NCBI GenBank assembly: GCA_044224875.1
Contig: JBGAJQ010000010.1
Span: 1-64,000, forward strand
DNA: 64,000 nucleotides
Direction: 5' to 3'
DNA from: Gemmatimonadaceae bacterium
GTDB taxonomy: Bacteria > Gemmatimonadota > Gemmatimonadetes > Gemmatimonadales > Gemmatimonadaceae
The position numbers were made by a program, and so were the translations under genes. Positions 29,441 through 38,567 of this stretch are shown one piece after another (the first letter of the stretch is position 1; the number at the start of each line of letters is the position of its first letter). The notes beneath the pieces are model-generated. The model did not search any database and was not told where the DNA came from. It worked only from the letters and a program-made list of their open reading frames with translations.

Positions 29441-30531
29441 GCGTCGCGCTCCACGTACACTCGTGGCAGCCGCTGACGAAGCCCGGTGAGGAGTTCGTAC
29501 GGGGACATGTCGGCGGTACGAGCCACTTCGTTCACCTCCAAGGCCTCGGAACCGTCGCGGCCGATGAAGGTGGCGACGTCTCCGAGGTGGCACTCCACCC
29601 CGGTCACATCGAGCATGGTCATGTCCATGGTCACCATGCCGGCCACAGGCACGCGGCGACCGCGAACGAGCGCGCTTCCCCGATTGCCCAGGGCACGCCG
29701 GTATCCATCGGCATATCCTAACGAGACAGTGGCTACGCGGCGGGTGTCGTGCGCGTGATAGGTAGCGCCATAGCTCACCGCCTCGCCGGCCGGAACATCC
29801 CGCAAGGACACCACGCGACCCTTCAGCTGCACCACTGGATCTGGTCGCAAGCGCGTCGCGTCCTCACCCTCCCCCATCGAACCCACGCCATAGAGAAACA
29901 CGCCCGGGCGTGCCAGGTCCCATGGTGACGGCGACTGCCGCTCGATTCCAGGACTGTTTTCCGCGTGCAAGTAACGCGGTCGCTGCGGAAGCGCACCCAC
30001 GGCACCCCGAAAGCGTTGCTGTTGCAGCTCCAGTGTCCCGTCACTACGCTCGGCGGAGTGAAAATGGGTGCACGCGCCCTCCGGTGGATGGCGTTCAACC
30101 ATGGGGAGCACCTGTTCCACTTGCCACCATGGGATTCCGGCGCGGTGCATCCCCGTGTCGATGCCAAGATGCCACGGACCGCCGCCGTCGCGTTGCCACG
30201 CCGAGATTGACGAGGCGTCGGAGAGCACGGGAGTAAGGAGCGCGGCGCGCGCCGCGGGGAAGTCCCACTCGAGCAGCGGACTGACAACGAGGATGTGCCG
30301 CTCGGTCCCAGCCGCGCGAAGCTCCTCTCCTTCCTCCACCGTCGCGACTCCGTACCCCCATGGGGAAAGGGCCTCGAGCGCCTGCACCACTGCCGTTGCG
30401 CCTAGTCCGTAAGCGTCCGCCTTCACCATCGGCACGATGGGGACGCCTGCCCGCTCGGCCATCGTCCTTGCGTTACGCTTCAGCGCACCTAAGTCGACCT
30501 CGACCCAGGCCCGCCGACGATCACGGTCCAT
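29437..30531 (-). CDS. alr: Alanine racemase
   Basis: VKADAYGLG (PLP lysine), IDTGMHRAG, RPG..LYG, VSYG, GYADG, YELLTG. Confidence 0.96.
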   Translation of the reverse strand: MDRDRRRAWVEVDLGALKRNARTMAERAGVPIVPMVKADAYGLGATAVVQALEALSPWGYGVATVEEGEELRAAGTERHILVVSPLLEWDFPAARAALLTPVLSDASSISAWQRDGGGPWHLGIDTGMHRAGIPWWQVEQVLPMVERHPPEGACTHFHSAERSDGTLELQQQRFRGAVGALPQRPRYLHAENSPGIERQSPSPWDLARPGVFLYGVGSMGEGEDATRLRPDPVVQLKGRVVSLRDVPAGEAVSYGATYHAHDTRRVATVSLGYADGYRRALGNRGSALVRGRRVPVAGMVTMDMTMLDVTGVECHLGDVATFIGRDGSEALEVNEVARTADMSPYELLTGLRQRLPRVYVERDA

Positions 30532-30579
30532 TAGCGCTCACTTGTTAGGGCGCGTAGTATACCCGTATCGGGGAGACCA

Positions 30580-31376
30580 ATGCAAGCTAAGGCCACACTT
30601 GAAGATACGCTCGCGCTCATGCGCGATCTGCGCGCTCGTTGCGAGTGGGACGCCGCGCAAACCCACGATTCGCTGCGTCCCTATCTCGTCGAGGAAGCGC
30701 ACGAATTGGATGACGCATTGCGCGACGCGGACGATGAGCACACGAAGGAGGAGTTGGGAGACGTGCTCCTGCAGGTCCTCTTCCACTCCGTCATCGCCGA
30801 AGAGCGCGGGGCCTTCGATGTCTCCGCGGTCGCCGACGCACTAATCGCCAAGATGCGGAAGCGCCACCCGCACCTCTACGGCGGCGGAGAGCGACAGGGA
30901 TGGGAGCGGATGAAGGCCAGCCGTCGGAAACGGATCAGTGACGGACTGGCGTCCGGGCTCCCTGCCCTGCATCGCGCTCACCGGCTTCAGGATCGTGTCG
31001 CCGGCGTCGGGTTCGATTGGCCGGACGTCGAAGGGCCGGCCGCGAAGGTGGAAGAGGAGATCGGGGAGGTCCAGAGCTGCTACGGGAGCATCCACCATCC
31101 ACTGGTCCGCACGGCGCGCCGCGGTACGATGCGCGCCATGAGCAGCTGGAAGAAGAACTCGGGGACCTGCTTTTCGCCGTGGTGAATCTGTGCCGGAAGG
31201 CCGGTGTACACGCGTCACTCGCCCTGGACAAAGCCAACGCAAAATTCGTTAGGCGTTTCACGCGCATCGAGGAGATCGCGGAGGCGCGAGGGCTGGACAT
31301 GACGACCGCCGGGCTGGCAGCCTTGGATGCCATCTGGGATGAAGTGAAAGCCAGCGAAGAATCCGCCGGCGCTTAA
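30580..31376 (+). pseudogene. mazG: Nucleoside triphosphate pyrophosphohydrolase MazG, frameshifted near 31074 (probable sequencing error)
   Basis: The first frame carries CEWDAAQT, EEAHE, EELGDVLLQV, RHPH and GFDWP. The second frame continues EEELGDLLF.VVN..ANAKF.RRF. Confidence 0.88.
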
Positions 31377-31389
31377 GCGCCTCCTCACC

Positions 31390-31926
31390 TCACATCTCGA
31401 ACTGGCCGTCGCCGAGGAAGAGGGGAACCGCCATACCGTCGCCGTCCTCGTAAAAGCGCACCGCACCGGGGGCGAACATCTTGGCTAGCAGGATGATCTG
31501 GTAGGTGTGGCCGGAAAAGTGTTCCACGACGTGGAAGAGCGCCTCGAGCACGGTGGTGTCTCTCCCTTGAATGCTGCGACGCTCGAGAAGCTCGGAGGGC
31601 GTCAACCCGCGAAGAATCGCGTCCGCCTCGCGAATCGTGGCGTCCAGCATGTCCAGCATTTGCGACGCTGGCGCACCACCGCGTGCGGCGAACTCCATGT
31701 TCCGCTTGCGTACGTCGGGAGCACCTCCAACACCGCTGATGATCCACTGGCGGACATTCCCCGACAGATGCAACAACAGGTTCCCCACGCTGTTCGCCTG
31801 CTCGTGCGGCCGCCACCACAATCTGTCGGCAGGTAGCGCCTCGACCGCGGCACGGATCTTGGTCGGATACTCAGTCGCCAGGTAGTAGCGCGACCGCTCG
31901 AGGAACGAAGCAGCGATGGAAGACAT
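31390..31926 (-). CDS. DinB/DUF1572-family protein
   Basis: LWWRP..NSVGNLLLHLSGN.RQW..R..EF and H..EH..GH..QI pattern. Confidence 0.85.
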   Translation of the reverse strand: MSSIAASFLERSRYYLATEYPTKIRAAVEALPADRLWWRPHEQANSVGNLLLHLSGNVRQWIISGVGGAPDVRKRNMEFAARGGAPASQMLDMLDATIREADAILRGLTPSELLERRSIQGRDTTVLEALFHVVEHFSGHTYQIILLAKMFAPGAVRFYEDGDGMAVPLFLGDGQFEM

Positions 31927-31941
31927 GGATGTGGTCGTGGA

Positions 31942-33249
31942 CTACGGGGCCAGACGGTGCATCATGCGGGGGAAGGCTATGCACTCGCGGATGTGGGGCG
32001 TGCCGCAGATCCACGCCACCGTCCGCTCCAGCCCCAACCCGTAGCCGGAGTGCACGAACGTGCCGTATTTCCTCAGGTCCAGGTACCACCCATACGCATC
32101 GACGGGCAGACCCTCCTCGTGAATACGCGCCAGGAGTTTGTCGTGGTCGTCTTCTCGCTGCGATCCACCAATGATCTCGCCGTATCCCTCCGGCGCCAGG
32201 CAGTCGTCGCAAAGGACGGTTCGCGGATCGTCTGGATTTTCCTTCATGTAGAAGGCCTTGGCGCCCTTGGGATAGTTGCAGACGAAGATTGGCGTTTGAT
32301 AGTCCGCCACCAAGAGCGTCTCGTCCTCCGCGCCCAAGTCGTCCCCCCATTGGATGGCGCTTCCCTTGGCCTGTAACGTTGCCACGGCGTCGCTGTAGGC
32401 GATGCGGGGAAACGGTCCCTTGATGCACTCGAGCTTCAACACATCCCGCTCGAGGTCCTTCAATTCCGCCTGTCGCCGCTCGAGCACACGCTCCACGATG
32501 AACACCAGCATGTCCTCCTGGAGCTGCATGTTGTCGTGTGTGTCATAAAACGCCATCTCCGGTTCGATCATCCAGAACTCAGTGAGGTGGCGCCTCGTCT
32601 TCGACTTTTCGGCGCGGAACGTGGGGCCAAAGGTGTAGATCCGACCTAACGCGGCAGCAGCGGCTTCCCCGTACAATTGCCCCGTCTGCGCCAGATAGGC
32701 GAAGCCCTCGTCGAAGTACTCGGTCTGGAACAACCCGCTCCGCTCACCGATGGCGGCCGTCAGGATCGGCGTGTCGACATGGACGAAATCTCGGGAGTAA
32801 AAGAAGTCATGGATGGCCTGCTCGATCTCGTGCCGGATGCGCATGATGGCCACCTGTCGCGGCGATCGCAGCCAGAGGTGCCGGTTGTCCAGCAGGAAGT
32901 CGACCCCATGTTCCTTGGGCTGGATGGGGTAATCCAGCGGGCTCGGACCAAGGAGCTCGAGATTGGTGACCCCCATCTCATAGCCGCCCGGTGCACGTGG
33001 CTCAGCCCGAACTTCACCTGTGACCGAAAGCGAGGTCTCCAGCGTCAATTGGGAGAACGCCTCCCACACGGCCGCGCTGAGCTGCGACTTCACCAGGACG
33101 CACTGCAGCACGCCCGTGCCGTCGCGCATGACGACAAAGGCAACCTTGCCTGACGAACGGAGGTGGGTGACCCATCCTCGGACGGTCGCCTGACCACCCG
33201 CAACGGTAGGCAACTTGTTGATAAGAACGGACGCTGACGAAGTGGACAC
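31942..33249 (-). CDS. asnS: Asparaginyl-tRNA synthetase
   Basis: VRGWV, RDGTG, RHLWLR, YLAQTGQLY.E, FRAEKSKTRRHLTEFWMIEPE, GYGEIIGGSQRE, GLGLER. Start approximate (GTG at 33249). Confidence 0.95.
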   Translation of the reverse strand: MSTSSASVLINKLPTVAGGQATVRGWVTHLRSSGKVAFVVMRDGTGVLQCVLVKSQLSAAVWEAFSQLTLETSLSVTGEVRAEPRAPGGYEMGVTNLELLGPSPLDYPIQPKEHGVDFLLDNRHLWLRSPRQVAIMRIRHEIEQAIHDFFYSRDFVHVDTPILTAAIGERSGLFQTEYFDEGFAYLAQTGQLYGEAAAAALGRIYTFGPTFRAEKSKTRRHLTEFWMIEPEMAFYDTHDNMQLQEDMLVFIVERVLERRQAELKDLERDVLKLECIKGPFPRIAYSDAVATLQAKGSAIQWGDDLGAEDETLLVADYQTPIFVCNYPKGAKAFYMKENPDDPRTVLCDDCLAPEGYGEIIGGSQREDDHDKLLARIHEEGLPVDAYGWYLDLRKYGTFVHSGYGLGLERTVAWICGTPHIRECIAFPRMMHRLAP

Positions 33250-33419
33250 GGTGGCTGGTAAGGGAAGAAAGCCGCGGAAAGCTATGAGCCGCCTGACGCG
33301 CATGCAATTGCATTACACAGTACGTTTCTCGGGGTGAAAATGGCCCCTCACGACTACAGACCTTTGGTCGCTCCTGCGAAGCTGACGCCAACGCGTAGAC
33401 ACGGAGTACGCCCAGCGGC

Positions 33420-34931
33420 ATGACGCTGCGCGTCCGCCTTGCCCTCGGGATCGCTGCCATCGCCCTCGCGTTGGTGGCGCCGTTGCTCGTGTCCGCTCGC
33501 TCGCTACGTCAGCTCAGCACGGAAACGGCGCAGCTGCGCGATCGAGAATTCGCCGCAACGCTCATCCTCGGGCGGATGCGTGCGGCCGCGCAGGAGCTGT
33601 CGCAACGCACCGAATTGCTGACGTTGTTTCCCTCCGATACCACACGCGAGACCTTTCTCGCGAAGTTACGGATCCTCTCCGCCAGCGCCGACACCCTGCA
33701 ACGCATGACGGGAAGCGCGGGACTCGTGCGGCTGCAGGCGACGCTCGATGCCCTCCGACAGGCCACGCCGACGGTGTATGCCTTGGCGATTCGGGGACGC
33801 ACGGCCCAAGCGGATTCGCTGGTAGACAAGGTGATGCGTCGCGACCTCACAGAGATGCAACGCATCCTCGAGGTGACCGAGGCGTCGCTCCAGGACCGCA
33901 TGCGCGACGCCGTACTGAATTTTGCGGCGCTCTCCGCCGAGGCGCGGCGCTGGTCGGCCTTGGCGTTAGGCGGTGCCGCGGTCCTGGCGTTCCTGATTGC
34001 TGTCTGGCTGACGCAATCCATCACCCGCCCTCTGGACGAACTGGATCGCGGCATGCGGGCGGTGGCCGAGGGCGAGTACTCGCACCACCTACGCGGTCTG
34101 CTGTCGCGAAGGGACGAATTTGGACGGCTGGGCGCGTCGTATCGATCGATGGCATCTCAACTGCGAGAGCTCGATCGCCTCAAGGCCGAGTTCATCTCTG
34201 TCGCCTCGCATGATCTCAAGACGCCGATCAACGTCATCGGCGGGTACCTCCAGCTGTTGCAGGAGGGGGTTTACGGAGACATCTCGCCCAGACAGCGCGA
34301 GATCCTGCAAACGCTCACGGCGCAATCCAAGCAGTTGTCACGACTCGTCAGGCAGCTGCTGGACGTTTCGCGCTTCGAGGCGGGCGGCGGCAAACTCGAA
34401 CTGCGAAACCTCAAGCTCGTGCCGTTCTTTACGGAGCTGGAGCGTGCCTTCCGAGTCCTCGCCTTGCAGCGGGACGTCCTGTTCATCGTCCGGCGCGATC
34501 CATCGCTCCCGGCTGAGGCGACGTGGGACCCCGAGCGCATCAACGAGGTGTTGGGGAATATCCTGTCGAACGCCTTCAAGTTCACGCCGAAAGGTGGGAC
34601 CGTCGAGCTCGCCGCCACGGCCGAAAATGGCAATGTCAGGCTGATCGCCCGCGATACCGGCGCTGGGATTCCCTCCAACCAACTCCCGTACATCTTTGAG
34701 AAGTTCTATCAGGCGGACAACCAGGATGTCTCCGGCATCCGCGGCACGGGACTCGGCTTGGCGATCGCGAAAGGCATCATCGCCGCACATGGCGGCACCA
34801 TCTCGGTGGAAAGTCAGATCGGCATGGGCACCACCTTCAATATCGTGCTGCCGGTTCGTGCCGTCCTCACGGCGCGCCGCGCAACGCCGTCTGCGCCGCA
34901 ACCCCCCGCCTTGCCACCGTCCACCACATGA
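33420..34931 (+). CDS. Membrane sensor histidine kinase (periplasmic helical domain, HAMP, HisKA, HATPase)
   Basis: Two TM segments, HAMP, H-box SHDLKTPI, N-box NILSNAFKF, G1 DTGAGI, G2 GTGLGL. Confidence 0.95.
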   Translation: MTLRVRLALGIAAIALALVAPLLVSARSLRQLSTETAQLRDREFAATLILGRMRAAAQELSQRTELLTLFPSDTTRETFLAKLRILSASADTLQRMTGSAGLVRLQATLDALRQATPTVYALAIRGRTAQADSLVDKVMRRDLTEMQRILEVTEASLQDRMRDAVLNFAALSAEARRWSALALGGAAVLAFLIAVWLTQSITRPLDELDRGMRAVAEGEYSHHLRGLLSRRDEFGRLGASYRSMASQLRELDRLKAEFISVASHDLKTPINVIGGYLQLLQEGVYGDISPRQREILQTLTAQSKQLSRLVRQLLDVSRFEAGGGKLELRNLKLVPFFTELERAFRVLALQRDVLFIVRRDPSLPAEATWDPERINEVLGNILSNAFKFTPKGGTVELAATAENGNVRLIARDTGAGIPSNQLPYIFEKFYQADNQDVSGIRGTGLGLAIAKGIIAAHGGTISVESQIGMGTTFNIVLPVRAVLTARRATPSAPQPPALPPSTT

Positions 34932-35467
34932 CGCGCCGCCTGTTGTGGCTGGCGTTGGTGCTGGCGGCTTGCGCGCGGCCGGCGCAGCCACCAGCCCCGG
35001 TCGTCGCCCCGCCCGTCCTGCCACCCGTCACCGCCGTGTCGCCGTGGCCTGGACTCCTTCGCCAGGCGCAACAAGCGGCCGACGCCGGCGATTATGCCAC
35101 GGCCGACCGAATCCTCGCCGAATACGGCGTCGCGCACCCGAAAACGCCGGAGGGGGCCGAGGCCGATTTCTTTCGGGCCCTGTTCAAGGCAGATCCGCCG
35201 AATGCCGCCAGCACCATCCGTGAGCAACTCGGAGCGTTCGACGCCTACCTGGTCGGTGGGTCGGCACAACCGCACTACACAGAGGCGATCGTGATTCGAC
35301 GCCTGCTCGAGTCGTCGGACTCACTGCGCGCGCTCGTCGCCGCCGTCCGTGCTACGCAAGACGCTCGCGCGCGGGTCCGCGAAGATGAGATCCGTCGCCT
35401 CACGGACGTCCTGGAAAAAACCACCGCCGAGCTGGAACGAATCAAGCGTCGGCTCGCCAAGCCCTAG
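34928..35467 (+). CDS. Helical lipoprotein coupled to the kinase gene
   Basis: Lipobox LAA-C, Pro-rich linker, C-terminal coiled coil. ATGA overlap with the kinase stop. Confidence 0.8.
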   Translation: MTRRLLWLALVLAACARPAQPPAPVVAPPVLPPVTAVSPWPGLLRQAQQAADAGDYATADRILAEYGVAHPKTPEGAEADFFRALFKADPPNAASTIREQLGAFDAYLVGGSAQPHYTEAIVIRRLLESSDSLRALVAAVRATQDARARVREDEIRRLTDVLEKTTAELERIKRRLAKP

Positions 35468-37578
35468 CCCACCCGGAAGAGCGCCAGCGAACGCGCATAG
35501 CGTTCGTGCAACACCCGTCGCAAGCCGGCGTGCTCCTGACGTTGCAGCTCGGGGTCGGCGTCGAGAAGGCGTGTCGCCAGGCCCAGCGCGCGCTCATTGA
35601 GCACCTCGTCCCGCAATGGGTCGGCGATGGCGAACGTCCGCTCACCGTGCTGTCGCTCGCCAAACAAGTCGCCCATCCCTCGCAGGCGCAGGTCGGCACG
35701 TGAAATCTCGAACCCGTCCTCCGTTTCAACCAGGATTCGCAGGCGAGCCGCGGAATCGCCGCCCGTGTCGCCCAACAAGATGCAATACGAAGACTCTCCG
35801 CCACGCCCGACTCGACCGCGGAGCTGGTGCAGCTGCGACAAGCCGAAGCGCTCCGGGTGCTCGATGACCATGACCGTGGCATTCGGTACGTCAATGCCAA
35901 CCTCGATCACCGTCGTTGCCACCAGGATGTCCACCGCGCCGTCGCGGAAAGAACGCATCGCTGCGTCGCGTTGATCTCCGTTCAACCGCCCATGAACCAA
36001 GGCCACCCGACGTGAAGCAAAGGGCCCCGCGGACAGCGCCTCGAATGCCGTCGTCGCTGCCTTCAAGTCGCTCTTCTCCGACTCCTCGATGACGGGATAC
36101 ACGATGTAGGCCTGGCGACCCAACGCGACCTGCTGCTCGACAAAACGCAGCACGCGTTCGCGTTGGGATTCGCTCCGCATCACCGTGGTGACCGGCTGGC
36201 GCCCAGGCGGCCGCTCGTCCAGCACGGACAGGTCCAGGTCGCCGTATAGCGTCAGGGCCAGCGAGCGCGGGATGGGCGTGGCCGTCATCAACAGCACATC
36301 GGGGGCATCGCCCTTCTCGCCTAACGTTGCTCGTTGCTCAACGCCAAAGCGGTGCTGCTCATCCACGATCACCAGCCCAAGCCTGGCGAATCGCGTGCGC
36401 TCGGTGAGCAAGGCGTGGGTGCCCACGGCCAGCACCGGTTCGGTGGATAGTAGTCGGGCATCGACTTCCCGTCGCGCCTTTGCCCCGAGGGACCCGGTCA
36501 CCAGCACCGGCATGAGCCCCAACGGATGCAACAGGCGCGTCAGCGTCATCAGGTGCTGCTCCGCCAGCAGTTCGGTTGGCGCCATGAGCGCCACCTGATA
36601 CCCGTTCTCCATTGCCAGCAGCGCGGCAAACAGCGCCACGATCGTCTTCCCGCTCCCGACATCGCCCTGCAACAGCCGGTGCATGCGCCGCGACGAACAC
36701 ATGTCGGCGACAATCTCCCGCACGGCCCGCGTCTGCGCTCCAGTCAACGCAAAGGGCAACGAGCCCTTCAAGGCCGTCGTGAGGGACCGGTGCATCTCGA
36801 AGCGAATGCCTTCCCGCGCCTCGCGCGCGATCGCATTGGCCCGTCGCTGCAACAGGTGCACCATCAACAGCTCGTCGAAAGCCAGGCGATCGCGGCCATT
36901 GATGGCCTCCGACACACTGGCGGGACGGTGCACGTGTCGCAGCGCGTCGCTGAGTGATTCCACCGCCGCTTCACGGCGGAGCCCGTCCGGAAGGTGCTCC
37001 GAAACCTGGGGGACAAGCTGGTCCAGGTATCGATCGATCAGGAAGCGAAGGCTTCGCGCCGTAACACCTTCGGTGGCGGGGTACACCGCCAACACGCGTC
37101 CGCTTCCCATCCCCTCGTCGTCACGACCAAGGTTCACGTATTCACGGGGGGTGAGCTGCCGACCGTGAAAGAAGCGGCAGGGCCCCGTCAGCAGCAACAT
37201 GTCGTCCTTCTCGATCGAGCGATCGAGATACGGCTGCCCCGGCCACGATGCCTCGATCATTCCGCTCTCGTCGCGGATGACGGCCTGGAAGATCCGCAGG
37301 CCGCGCCGCGTCGGAATCACCCCCTTCGAGATCACGCGGCCCATCACGGTCACGTCCATGCCTGGCTGCACAGTCGCAATCGGCGTCAGCGTGCTCGCGT
37401 CCTCGTAGCGGTGCGGGACATGCCACAGCAGATCGCCCGCCACTCGGATACCGAGCCGCATCATCAATTCCGCACGCCGCTCGCCCACACCCTTCAGAAA
37501 CTGGACAGGTGTCGTCAGCGTGACCGGTGGTCCCTGTCCCGCCGTCCGCCCTGCGTTACGGCGCGGGTCGCCTGTCAT
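35464..37578 (-). CDS. recG: ATP-dependent DNA helicase RecG
   Basis: RLLQGDVGSGKT, MAPTELLAEQH, DEQHRFGV.QR, MTATPIPRSL, ERFGLSQLHQLRGRVGRG. Confidence 0.97.
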   Translation of the reverse strand: MTGDPRRNAGRTAGQGPPVTLTTPVQFLKGVGERRAELMMRLGIRVAGDLLWHVPHRYEDASTLTPIATVQPGMDVTVMGRVISKGVIPTRRGLRIFQAVIRDESGMIEASWPGQPYLDRSIEKDDMLLLTGPCRFFHGRQLTPREYVNLGRDDEGMGSGRVLAVYPATEGVTARSLRFLIDRYLDQLVPQVSEHLPDGLRREAAVESLSDALRHVHRPASVSEAINGRDRLAFDELLMVHLLQRRANAIAREAREGIRFEMHRSLTTALKGSLPFALTGAQTRAVREIVADMCSSRRMHRLLQGDVGSGKTIVALFAALLAMENGYQVALMAPTELLAEQHLMTLTRLLHPLGLMPVLVTGSLGAKARREVDARLLSTEPVLAVGTHALLTERTRFARLGLVIVDEQHRFGVEQRATLGEKGDAPDVLLMTATPIPRSLALTLYGDLDLSVLDERPPGRQPVTTVMRSESQRERVLRFVEQQVALGRQAYIVYPVIEESEKSDLKAATTAFEALSAGPFASRRVALVHGRLNGDQRDAAMRSFRDGAVDILVATTVIEVGIDVPNATVMVIEHPERFGLSQLHQLRGRVGRGGESSYCILLGDTGGDSAARLRILVETEDGFEISRADLRLRGMGDLFGERQHGERTFAIADPLRDEVLNERALGLATRLLDADPELQRQEHAGLRRVLHERYARSLALFRVG

Positions 37579-38510
37579 TCCTCGGCGAGCACGTCCTGAG
37601 CGAAGGCCTCCGCATCGAACGGAAGCAGGTCCTGCGCGGACTCCCCAACGCCCAGAAACTTCACCGGGACGTCGATCGCTTCGTGGACCGCGACGACGAT
37701 CCCTCCGCGCGCTGTCCCATCCACCTTTGTCACCACAAGGCCCGTCACCGGCACCGACTCGGCAAAGGTCTTCGCCTGCGCGACGGCATTCTGTCCAATG
37801 GTGCCGTCCAGTACGAGCAGGGTTTCGTGCGGCGCAGCGGGAAGACGACGCTGAATGACGCGGACCACCTTTCGCAGCTCGTCCATCAAGCCGGCCGATG
37901 TGTGCAGCCTCCCCGCCGTGTCGACGATCAGGACATCGGTGCCTCGACTCAGCGCCGCGTCGATGGCATCAAACGCCAGAGCCGCCGGGTCGCCTCCCGC
38001 TTGACCACCGACAAACGCGACGCCAACACGCTCCGCCCATAACCGGAGCTGCTCAATGGCCCCGGCACGAAAGGTATCGCCAGCCGCAACGAGCACGCTC
38101 TGGCCCTGGGACTTGAGGCGTGCCGCGAGCTTACCGATGAAGGTGGTCTTGCCAGCGCCGTTGACGCCGATGACCAGGATTACCGTCGGCTTTTGCGTGG
38201 AGAGGTTCAGCGCGGGATTGGAGTTTCCGGTGCGCAAGGCGCGCGCGACACTTCCGCTCAACGAGTCACGAAACTCATCGGCCGTCTTGACGTCCCCCCG
38301 ACGCGCGACCGCTTCAACCTCGGCGACGAGCTTGAGCGTTGTGGCAACGCCAAAATCCGCCTCCAGCAGCACTTCCTCCAGACGCTCCAACGACCCCGCC
38401 TGGACGCCACCGCGGGCCAGAACGTTGACGTCCGTAAGTGCAATGTCCTTGATGCGCTGCCACAGGGAGCGCTTGGGTAAGTCGCCGGTGCGACGAAAGA
38501 GACGAGCCAT
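37575..38510 (-). CDS. ftsY: SRP receptor FtsY (NG domains only)
   Basis: GVNGAGKTT, DTFRAGA, DTAGRL, TKVDGTARGG, GVGE. Confidence 0.96.
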   Translation of the reverse strand: MARLFRRTGDLPKRSLWQRIKDIALTDVNVLARGGVQAGSLERLEEVLLEADFGVATTLKLVAEVEAVARRGDVKTADEFRDSLSGSVARALRTGNSNPALNLSTQKPTVILVIGVNGAGKTTFIGKLAARLKSQGQSVLVAAGDTFRAGAIEQLRLWAERVGVAFVGGQAGGDPAALAFDAIDAALSRGTDVLIVDTAGRLHTSAGLMDELRKVVRVIQRRLPAAPHETLLVLDGTIGQNAVAQAKTFAESVPVTGLVVTKVDGTARGGIVVAVHEAIDVPVKFLGVGESAQDLLPFDAEAFAQDVLAEE

Positions 38511-38567
38511 GCGGGAAACCTAGTCACCCGCCGTCACGCGACAGGAGGGCGGTCCGTGCCGCGATTG

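Noticed and set aside
37575..38510. Short FtsY as a truncated gene
   Set aside because: NG-only FtsY is common and all GTPase motifs are present.
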